A stretch of 63,972 nt of DNA, the filler included, from Craspedostauros australis (Eukaryota), in the NCBI GenBank assembly GCA_030167865.1. It is 9 parts of 9 records of this genome, joined end to end, with 100 filler letters (N's around TTAATTAATTAA, not from the genome) between each part and the next. Parts side by side here need not be neighbours in the genome. Positions count along the whole stretch, not along the records: positions 1 to 7,939 come from JALAGF010006377.1; positions 8,040 to 13,807 come from JALAGF010006379.1; 7 more parts are not named here. One strand, written 5' to 3'. Under the pieces are notes generated by a model that saw only the letters and a list, made by a program, of their open reading frames with translations, did no database searches and had not been told where the DNA came from. The position numbers and the translations under genes are program-made. Positions 1 to 10,853 of this stretch are shown in pieces. Numbering within the stretch: position 1 is the stretch's first letter; each line of letters begins with the position of its first letter.

Positions 1-81
1 AAGTGCGTATGAGAGAATAGCGGGTGAACGATGCACATATACTCGTACATCTCGACATATACTCACATGTACATCTCGACA
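1..81 (-). mobile_element. Partial LTR (5' end) of copia family A
   Basis: Near-identical to 2215-2295 and, reverse-complemented, to the start of the LTR at 20983; ends in the LTR terminus TCTCGACA. Confidence 0.85.
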
Positions 82-1494
82 CATTCGACATGTTCCATTC
101 TCCAATGATGCAGGTTGGGCACAAAGCCCAATGTGCGGATTCGCACCAGCAATCTGGTCACCACCCATATTCGAATGAGCTTGGTTGTGATGTGTTTCCC
201 TCAACTCTCGAGTCCTTTTGTACTGCATTTCTTTTGGCTGTGTGTCACCATGGTGGAATCCTGGCACAATGGGCACCACAGCTGGTACTTGACCTTTGTT
301 CTACTGGTGAGGTGGGGTCGGAGTAGAATGGAGATGGAGGGATTCACAACAACTGCTGTAAAGATAGACGAGAATTCCAGTTGCGAATCTCACCGTTTTC
401 GCTTGTGGGATGACCAGTCAATAGTGAGAGCCTCCATTTTGGTTCAGTACGTTTGCATCAACCACCTTGGCCCCATGTGTTCATTGGCATCCTTGGAGGC
501 ATCGTCTTTGCTTTCTTCGTGGGCTACTGTCTGTGCTTTCCTTGTCCCCACTTCCTCTTCCACCTTCGTGATCTTTGCTTTCAGCTCCTCCACAGGCTGT
601 TCTGAATTTTGGAGGTCAATAAAGGTATTCAGATGATCTCGTGCATGTGTGTGGATGGTTTGTTCTACTCGCAAACGCATCCTGAGATGACCTGTCTGGA
701 TCCTTCAAGATGGTATGTAACGTTTTTGGAATTCCCTCCGCGTTGATTGTTGTTGCTGAGCCAAGGCTGATTCATCCAGAAGAAGAAATATTTCAAAGAG
801 GATAGGCTTGTTGGGTTTGGTGTTTTGGAGATGATGCTGGACAAGGGGCAGCGGAGGGAGGATTTGAACTCATCTTCTACGCTGTGACCATTGAGGTTGG
901 GATCAGCAGGGAAGATGTGAGCTGATGCATCCTGGCAGTACAGGTGGAAGACGGCATGACCAGGGGTCTGTGTGAAACGGAATGGCACTGTCCCTAATAG
1001 TATATCATCGTGCACCTGGAAGGGAAAGTTGTTGCGCGGGTTGCCATTGGAGGCAATCAACTCCTCGGCGGCAATGGGCATCTGTATTTTGTTCCCCGCG
1101 CGACCTCATGGTATAATGCTACCAACAGATACCAAGAGCATCATGAACAGTGTTGGCATTATACTTACCCATGGACCAATTTCAGAGGTCGTACATGGGG
1201 GAGCATCCAATTGGCAGTGAGATTTTGACATGGTCGCAAGTTTGCAGCCACCTTGGTTGCGGAGTCTGAGGCCCAGTGCGCTCAAAGTTGGCCAACTTGT
1301 TGTTGCAAGACGGCTCAAAGCCATTTCAATCGGCACTCCTTCCTTGCGGCTGTTGGAACCTTGATGACATTGTCGGTTGCAGGAGTATCAAACCTTGTTT
1401 TGGCACTTGGTGTCCTGGGTGTGCATTGTGCATGGTCCCTGGCCACTGCCGCAATACTGGTGGCAGGATGAAGAGGTGCGGCTGCAAGGAACCA

Positions 1495-2295
1495 TGTTGG
1501 CAAGTTCTGCTCACGGTAACTTACGATCGTGGAAGATGGTGTTGGTTGATAGTCGTTCGTTTGCTATTTCATTACTTGGCTACTCCGATTCTCTCGGTGT
1601 ACGCCCGTTCTCTCGCCCGATGCTCTCAGTGCTTCAATCTGTTTCATAGATTCGGTCTCCGACTATGAGTCGGTACGCGAGATGCTCTCTCGCTCCTCTC
1701 TGTATTCTCTCTCTCTCTCTCTCTCAACATCGTGTGCTCGTGCTACACGACATTCCGTGTTTGATGCATGCTCTGCATTTGACACTCCGTTCATTCAGTA
1801 CTGACTCCTACTCCATGCGTACTCGCCATTTGAAGTTCACCTTCTGTATCCATGATGCTGATGTCCTTCGGTCATCGGGTCTTCGCCTCCTGCTCTGACT
1901 TGGAGACAGATGTCAATGTGGTGACACGATGACATCCTGTCGACGTCAGTAGGTGTCCTTCTGCTCTCCAGATGTCACGTTCCATTGGTGATGCAGTGGT
2001 CTGTCAGATGATATCGTCATCTGAGGTTTAGTTGGGAAGTACCTCGAGATTCTCTTGGTACCATTGATGGATGGACGGACGATCTTCTAGTTCTCTCAGA
2101 AATCGTCGATTGCAAATTTCCTCCAGAAATCTTGCTCCTTTTCGTGTGTTCCATTTCCCCTGTAATTCTGACGAATCACAGCATACTATTGACACGATTG
2201 TAGTTATACCGTCCAAGTACGTATGAGAGAATAACGGGTGAACGATGCACATATACTCGTACATCTTGACATATACTCACATGTACATCTCGACA
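1495..2295 (-). mobile_element. Solo LTR of Ty1/copia family A (801 bp), 6-bp TSD GAACCA
   Basis: TG...CA termini (TGTTGGCAAG...TCTCGACA); GAACCA at 1489-1494 and 2296-2301; reverse complement aligns with the LTR at 20983-21797 that precedes a copia gag; internal (TC)n tract. Confidence 0.9.
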
Positions 2296-2585
2296 GAACC
2301 ATGCCCAATGCCTCCTACCTCCTCTTCTTGTTCCTGTTCTGCTGCTGCTGGAGTTGTCATGCCCTCTTTTGCGGATCGAATCGGTGCTGCTGATCCTGAT
2401 GTACTCGAGGATCCTGGTGCTGCCAAAGATATTGGGATTTGTACCAGCCAAGGCGCACAGTTAATGCTGGAACCATGTGGCACTGAAGACCACTCTATCA
2501 GCACAAAACCGAATAGTGCTAAGTACGTTACTCCCGTAGCCCCCACTATCTATAAATTTCACTTGTGTTCGGTTCAGCAATCGCA

Positions 2586-2656
2586 TCACTTGTAGCTCAA
2601 CGGTAGAGCACCAGCAATTCTCACTGAGGTTCCAGGTTCGAATCCTGGCATGGTAC
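2586..2656 (+). pseudogene. Degenerate tRNA-like element (tRNA pseudogene or SINE head)
   Basis: Intact D arm/A box (TAGCTCAACGGTAGAGC) and T arm/B box (CCAGG-TTCGAAT-CCTGG) at tRNA spacing; acceptor and anticodon stems mispaired; TATAAAT at 2551; T-runs downstream. Confidence 0.6.
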
Positions 2657-5600
2657 TTTGCTTTTGATCTCCCCTCGTGAGTTTTACGATAGTGCTCTAA
2701 TACACTCCAACACCCAACTGACCGCAGGGGTCGTGGTTGGATGTGCTGTACCCCAGACTTTGCCTGATGAAACAAAACATGAGAATCAAAGCTGATCATG
2801 CTCGACCTTGTGGAATGGCATGCAGTGCTTGGAAGCAGCAAATGGCAACTCTTGCAGCTGCAGTTGCCAACAAGGCAATCCATCAATGGAAGGGGGCCTT
2901 CCAATGAGTTGAGAGAGTGTGTCATCTTGGCTTGTTGTCATTGGCATACCAACTGGAGGATAATGCTGCTACTACTGTGGCTGGTGCTTTGGTTGATGCA
3001 TCATCCTTGATCTTGGTGGTGATAGTGATAGGTGTGATTGATCCACAGGTCATCACTGTGTGGAGCAGGCAATGGCGCTGATTGATGATGGTGGAAATGT
3101 TGGTGCTGTTGCAGTTTCCAGTGTTTCCAACTTGAACCACAGGACTGTCATGTTGTGTTTGATCAGATTGATTTGCAATGCGGATGGTGCAGCCCCAGGA
3201 GTGGCAGAGGCAGTGGCAGAGGCAGCTACTGGAAGTGGTCCATTGGTGCGCAGCTGGCATTCGCCTGGCACATTGTGTACGATTGGAAGCTGCTGCACAC
3301 TGCATGAGGTTGCCTGTATGTATGGTGCAGTTGACTGGATTGAATTGATCAAAAGGGCTGGAGCAGTGCCTCCATGATTGGCAGTGAGTATCGGCTGGGT
3401 CCACACAACTCATGTGTTGTCCATCAATGACTCCTCCATGTTGATACCTCTGGAATTACTTCGAACTCATCCTGCAGGTGGTACCTTCACCAGGAATGAG
3501 ACTCTGACAAGAGTCACCCTTTGGATCCGGTATCCACACTGTGTGCCCAGTCCTGTGGTGGTGCATTGTTGTACTCATGTTCTGACATGATCTCGCACTT
3601 TCTGTTGGTGGATTGGTTGTGTCTGGTTGACCACCTGACGCACGATGTTGCTGTGGCCATTCTCCTTCTCTCTTTTGACTTTGGTACACAATGTAGTTTT
3701 TGTTTGCCAATTGGGTATTGTTGTTGTTGTTGTTGTGGAATGTAGATCGGTGTCTACATGTTATCTTCTACCTGTGTTGTGTTGCTCCCAAGTAGAGGTA
3801 TGCATGCGACACAGATATGTGGTCGGCTCCCAATGAATTCGCATAGGAGCAGTGATGTTATAGTGGGGGACAGACTCTGCACTGGGCCCTTTGCTTGTTG
3901 CCTTCCAATTGCTTCTTTCTTGCTTGGAAGTAGCCGGACTTGCGCCATCCACATGAACTTGGCCCCTGGAGACCTGGAGTGGAGTGGATGGCAATCAATT
4001 CTCATGCCTGTTGCTGGCTTTGGCAGCCGTCTTCTCTCGCAAATTGCATGCCACAGAAATGAAGCAAGTCATGCGTTATATGCCCACATATCTGCAGTGT
4101 ATTCACTGTGGACAGAACCAGCATTGATGATGTCCTCATCTTCACTGGTGGGCTCCTTTGTTGTATTCATCCATGCTTGTCCAAACTGATGAACTGTGAA
4201 TCGAACTGCTGGTGACAACAGGTTGGCTGTGCATGGGTGAGTACTTGATGTATGCTCGCTTGCGGCATGTTGGTCATGCGCCTCTCTGTGAGTTGGAAGA
4301 CAAGCTAAATGGAAAATGCTTCCTGTCTTCTGTTGACATCAATGGCTCAATAGCCAGGAACTATCTCCAGTTTTGTACAGATTGCACAAAAGGGTGCATG
4401 GTCGATGTCTTGGTGTGTGCTCCATGACAGGAGTAGACAAGACAATGCCGCTACTTCTGCGGCTCAATCCTCTTGGTTCTTCTCCAGCAACCTCCGCTGT
4501 TCTGGTGTCCATGAATATTTTCATGGCATTGGTGGTGGTAGGCTTTGGATATCCCTGGCATGACAGTCATGTCATCTCTTGTGGCCACCTGCTCGCCTGC
4601 TGAGGGATCGATGAACACCTCCATCTGTTCATGTGACATGCAAGTCCACAGGGGATGCTGTGCAAAGCGTGGACCCAATCTGGTGGAAGTATGATGGATT
4701 CGTGCATGTGGGAGAGCAAAATTGCTGAGGGGTGTGCCTATGGACAGATCATCCTCCAAGAATATGCTATGCTCAGCAACAACATTGTAATACATTCGGG
4801 GTGCACGCCAGTAGAGCACTTTAATCTGTGCATGGATAAGTTGGTGGATGGATGGGCAAGCCCATGGTGCTAATGCTGGAGTAGATTGCATTCCATGTCA
4901 AAGGTATTGATTGCAACAGTCGAGCAAAACTGTCGCACTCAACGCACCCACCCCACAGATCAACAGATGCAAGAAAGATCCAGCCGACCACCCGATGTGA
5001 CCGTGGCGGCAAAAAGCTGTTGCGACGAGTGGCAGTCCGCCTTTGACTTTGCCCCCATGCAAAAGTAGGTACGAAACACTCTTTGGCTGATCTTCACCAC
5101 CACTGGTTGTCCGATTCTCAGCAGAACGGTTCGACAGCAGAGGCCGTTCTCGTGTCGTTTGTCTCTGTTCGATCCCTCAAATCGACAATTTCAACGTCTG
5201 TCCCACAACCAGGATCGGAAGGACCAAAACGTGCTCTGACGCCACATCGACGAAAAGGAACCAACAGAAAGGAAGAAATGTGGTCATTTGGTGTTTTCTT
5301 CCAGCCGAAATCGGGTCACTTCTAAACATAATTGACTGGTTGATACAGACGACCCATACGACTCCAGGGCACCATCCGATGGAAGAGGACGAAGAACGCA
5401 ACGGAAAGTGCAAGTCGTGCGCACGACTCCGCAACGGAAACCCGAACCAAAGGTTTAACGGCTACACATGGGCCAGACACCTAAGTAAGAGTAATTCAAA
5501 CGAGGTGCGACAACGGCCAATTGATGGCAACGCGGAGCTCACAAAATGAGCAACTGCGACAACAAAAGTCGAACAACAAAAATCGGGAACGCAAAACGCA

Positions 5601-5941
5601 CCATCTTGGGTCGCGACACACACCCCTCAAGAAAGAGACACGATCTGAGGGACCAAGCCCGACCAAGACCCGATTCAAATCAATAGAGAAACAGAGAAGG
5701 AGCCAAACATGAGATATGAGAGGAGCCCACAAGAGAAAGAAAGAAAGAAAGGAGAGAATAGAAAACAACAAGCAGAGAAGCGATGGACCAGCAGCAATCG
5801 AAGCACCCACAATTTGGAAAAGACAACAGAATTGTCAACTCCCCGCTTCGATTAACGCTTCCTGCAACGCTTGCTCAGGGGTAACCTAGCAACCACACAA
5901 CGCCTTCACACTACTTCACGCCTTCCGCCTTCTACTTGACC

Positions 5942-7939
5942 ATGAGTAACCAACCCAACCTCTCCTTGCTCCTTGCCTCCGAGGCCTCCGCTTTCGCCAG
6001 CATGCCTCCAACCGGACCTGAACCCGGGATCGCAGTCGAGACTGTGTCCTCGGTGGCCAGCGGATCCGCCCGCTCCGGAGACATGGGCAGCGATACCCTC
6101 CTCAACCAAGTCGGGATCGGAATGGCTATCGGACACTTCGTCGCCGACGACCACACCTGCCTGGTCCGCCTCTCCACCAAGTCGGAGGACGGCCACACTC
6201 TTCTCTGCGCCAACGTGGCCGGCGAGTGTCGCCGCAGCAACCATCATGCCCTTCGCCTCGACCCTACCCGCCGCGGCCTCGCGGGTGTGTATCAGTGCCT
6301 CGATACCACCACACTCGGCGGCGCTCCCCGACGCGATCTTATCGAGAGCAGTCACCAGAGCCGCTCCGCGTACGATTCGACCCGTGCCGCCGCACTTCGC
6401 GACCTCGAAGCTGTCGGCAAGATGGGTACCACTGGCGCCGCAGCCCGCAACGACAGCGACTCCAAAATCGCAGGAGTGGTCGGGTTCGACCTCGATACCA
6501 AACCCGCAGGACGACCCAGCACGGACGCGCAACCAACACCACCCATCCGCGCCAAGACCAACCCAGCCGTCCCGCCTCCGACCATCCATCAGGCTCCACC
6601 CGTCCCGGTGGTGCGCCCTGAACCAATGATCCCACGCCCGGTCCTCTCGTTCCCGCAAGGAGCACACCATTCTCCCCCTGCTCTGGCCACTACCGCAGCC
6701 GACAAACTCATGCATGTGGTACGCCACCAGGCGTCCCTCAACCGCGAGACGATGGAACTCCACCAGCGCAAATCAGAGGAGACCACCCACGCGATGCTAC
6801 GTGCGCTTGCGACACAGCAGGCACAGATCACGCAGCTGATCCAACACGGTCTCCCCTCGATGAGCACTGCTCCAGCACCCGCTCCAACCGCGGGAACTGA
6901 ATGGTATGTGGCGATCGACGGCCAACGTCCAGGGGTGTACACCTCTGCGGCCGAAGCTATCTCTCAAGCAGGCACTGGCAGCACCGCCCGGGTCCTTCGC
7001 TGTGCCTCTTACGCCGAGGCCGATGCCTACCTACGCGCATCGGTACCACCCACACTCGCTCGCGGCCAACCAGCTCCTCACTCCCGTCCACACCCGATGG
7101 AGGGCGCTCACCCAAGAAACCCTCCTGCTGAGTCCCCATCGGCGCCCCTCTCTCGACCAGACCACGTCCCCTCTAGCCCGGCTAGCATGGGCATCGAGAA
7201 ATTCCTGGGAGAAGACCCATCCAAGGGTGACAAGAAGCAAGTCTTCGGGGAGACCCTCGACAACGAGAGACGCATGCTCCAACACCTCGCACCTCCACAC
7301 GCCAGCAGCGAAACACAGACTGAACTCGCGAAAGCGGCCATCGACGTCGCCAGCCAACCAGGTAAGGTCACCGATGAACGCACATCCATCGAAGAACTCG
7401 CCTCCGCGTTCGGAGACATCCGCAACCAAACTGCCCGCTCCGCCGGCCTCATCGCCGCCGACTCCAACTGGCGCACCAAGACCCGCCATGCCCTCGGGCG
7501 TATCAAGACCTCTGAAGACCTCAGCGAGCTCGCCGGTGACTTCAACAGCATCCGCGACGACGTGATGACCCGCTACCTCAACGATGTGGGTCACATCCTC
7601 CGCCACGGCTACTACTCCGACGAGCAAATCACTCTCTACCAGCAAGGCGGGGGATGGGTCGCTGTCCTCAAGCTGTTCATGACCTACTACCATGAACTCC
7701 TCCTCAAACTACAAGAGGAGGCATTCAAGACAACCAACGGGTGGGAGGACTCAGCCCTCGTGTACCACGAGCACTACGCCAAGGCCCTCTTCGACGCACG
7801 CAACTTCGCGGCCTCGCGCAACCTCATGATCTTCCGCACCTACGTCATCGTGCGTGAAGGAGCGCGCGGCGGCTGGTGCAACCTGAAGGTCTTGGAGAAG
7901 TTCCAGCAGCGTGCACTCACCACCCTTGGTTCGCCCTCG
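5942..7939 (+). CDS. Gag-like ORF with an RNase H1 N-terminal hybrid-binding (caulimovirus viroplasmin-like) domain; probably ORF1 of a retroelement; truncated at contig end
   Basis: About 666 open codons. Motif WYVAIDGQRPGVYTSAAEA...YAEADAYL fits the RNase H1 HBD consensus; N-terminal Cys/His cluster (CLVR...CANVAGECRRSNHH); Pro-rich linkers. The retroelement role is inference. Confidence 0.7.
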
Positions 7940-8039
7940 NNNNNNNNNNNNNNNNNNNNNNNNNNNNNNNNNNNNNNNNNNNNTTAATTAATTAANNNNN
8001 NNNNNNNNNNNNNNNNNNNNNNNNNNNNNNNNNNNNNNN
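7940..8039. other. Artificial contig spacer N44-TTAATTAATTAA-N44 (also 13808-13907, 18644-18743, 24687-24786, 30924-31023, 54917-55016, 59501-59600, 62542-62641)
   Basis: The same 100-nt block with a six-frame stop linker occurs eight times. Confidence 0.98.
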
Positions 8040-10853
8040 TTCGGTCACCGGTCAATGGGGACATGAAGGGAAAATACCAATTTTCAGCAATTTTTCAGTG
8101 ACATCATGGTATATTGCAACTAGCACATTTCTCCGCGTCGCCTCTTCTGTGACGCTCCCCCGCACGCCAACTTGGGTGCGCAGTGCAATTTTCGTGTGCG
8201 GCGATGTGATGGCAACCCAAAAACGATACGCGGCACACTGAAACTTGTGCTGGCGCTCTTCACGTTCTCGCTTGTATCAAAACACGGGCGTTGCACTACG
8301 CTACTTTGTTCCACTCCAGCATAACCTGTATCTCTCCACCTTTGTGAATACGTGGAAACCAACCACAGGTCTTGCTTGCCACTCATGCTTGTGCTGGTGG
8401 TCGCACTCTATTGGCATTTCTTCGCATCATCTCCTTTGCGAGTACTGTTGTGTTGTTTCATTCGGTGCGCGGATCAGGCAACCAGTGGTATCAGTCATGA
8501 GTGCAAATAGGCTGCTTTGCCATCATGGAATCACACCTGCTCTGTTCTACGCATGATGCACTTGACCACACCGACTTACTCTGCTCGCAGTCATCCATCA
8601 CCACCAAGTGCAATCTGCGCATCGCGCAACAATATGAATACTACGATTACATGCCCTGTGATGGGCTCAATTGCATTGTTTGCTCATGAGTGTGAAGGAA
8701 CGCTTGGCGATACTGCACACGTGCCAAATAGCCACCGCATCGTCATTGCCAATTAGTACATGATCCGCAGCGCGAGAGCGAAACGCGCAAGGAGGAGTAA
8801 ATAAAGTGACCACGTTGGCATGCAGAGCACGGAGGATGCGGTCGTTCACGGAAAAGCGTGGCATCATCAACAGAAGCCAAAGGATTGCCAACCCAAATCA
8901 ACCACGGCATCGACAACAACGACAGCAATCGCAGCAACAGCAGGACTTCAAGCCACCATCACGAAGCAGCCACGACATTGGCAACAGCAATAGTAGATAT
9001 AATACAATAGTGACGACTTCAAATCACACGAGTTATCGCTACCATCTCAATAGTTGTAGCAGCATTTGTAGCAGTTGCTGGTGCTGCGATGCAGACAGGA
9101 TCCGAATGCAGGAGGAAGATAACAACCGTGATGAGGACTTGCATTGAAGTGATCATTGCTGAAAGGTCGGATCAGATGAGAGGGACACAAACACAAACGA
9201 AGAAGCCTCGACGAAGACCATGTGGAAGCGGCGAACTATCGGAGCGACAAGTCGACAAAACGCTCTGTTGCCTTTCGCCAGAAGCGGTGAGGAGAGTTAG
9301 TATTCCGTGTCTTCTGCACGTTGTCAGGAGGATGGTTTGTCCTTCAACCGGTTTTGACGCCGTTTGATGTTGAGAACAAAGCTGTATCGGACGATGATGT
9401 AACTGTAGTAGACTTGGAAGTAAGCTGGTAAGAATGTTTCTGATTGCTTGTTTTATGTGTTAAGCTAACTATTGATAGGACGATCGAGTAAAAAGGTGGG
9501 GTTCGTGCTGTCGTACTTCAGCCGTTCTTTGTTGCGCAGCAGCATGCCGTGGTGATCCTGCACACATACAGTCTTCCAGTATCGTCACCCATAGAGCAGC
9601 AGCNNNNNNNNNNNNNNNNNNNNNNNNNNNNNNNNNNNNNNNNNNNNNNNNNNTCACCCATAGAGCAGCAGCTGATCCATTCACATGGATATGCTTCAAG
9701 ATGGGTGCATGTTCGGCAGAGTGACGAGCTGGACAGGTGGCAGGGGTGCATGAGCTGGAGGGCGAGCAACGCATGGATTGCAGTTCAACTACACATCGTG
9801 TGTGTGGTAGCCTTTCATCACAGTATCGGTCTTGGGTACCGAATACCGTGTACGCGGAATGGACAGTCAAGTCCCGAGTCAGTCCCGGAGCTAGTCTGTC
9901 CCAACTAGGAGGCAAAGTTCACGTCAGACAACAACAGCAATCCGATTTGCGAAGAAACGTGCATGGGCGGAGCGACTAGGTGAGAACGATCCAAAAACGC
10001 TCTTCGGGAAAATGACTGGAACGCAAGCGCCTCAACCAGCAACTGCTTGGACAAGTTGGTTGTCGACGTCATCGTTGGAACAACGAAAACGACACGACTT
10101 GGACGTGTCTCGGAAATAGCGACACACAAAGCTGATGGTATCATTGTACAACACATGGAGTAGTTGACATGGTACATGTGAAGTTCTTACAAAGCGCTAC
10201 GACCCACTTGAGTGACGGGACCTGCAGTCGGTCCTGAGGGGGTGGGAAGATACGGGACTTTCGACCAAGCCACCCACATATTCATAAACTAGAACAAAAT
10301 ATAAGAATCATAGTGGACGCCGATTTTGGTTTAATGCCTTATTTTAATTTTTATCCACCTTTGTAGATTTACGGTCCTCTTGGTCGAATATGAACACTGC
10401 TCCGTAATGATCACAAGGCATTGATTAGCTTTTACGATGCAAACAACACAATGTGCCCAGACACGTTCGGGAGAGAACTTTTTTGACGGGTTGCGTACGG
10501 AATTTGACATTTCAGCGACGCCATTGTTCAACTTGTCCGAACACGTTTTTGAAATAACAAACCGTTAGTTGACGTTACCATTCAAATTCAAATTTGATTC
10601 TCGTAACATGCTACAAATCTCCTCACATTTTGCCACCAAATCGAGTTTTGCTTTTCGTGGTGGTGTGCGGTGCTTGTTGCATGTTCATGTAGTGTTTGTA
10701 TCGTCAGCTTCTTGCATCCCTCCTGCTCAGTTCACTTCCATCACTAGTAGTCTTCTCCATCTACCCATCAGTACCAATCAGCATCATGCTCNNNNNNNNN
10801 NNNNNNNNNNNNNNNNNNNNNNNNNNNNNNNNNNNNNNNNNNNNNNNNNNNNT

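Noticed and set aside
7984..7995. Recurrent TTAATTAATTAA as a biological repeat or piggyBac TTAA target
   Set aside because: Always centred in a 100-nt N block; it is an assembly linker, so adjacency across it means nothing.
8055..8074. GGGGACATGAAGGG followed by AAAA as another piggyBac end
   Set aside because: Only ~30 bp lie between it and the contig edge, and the match is imperfect; it cannot be confirmed.
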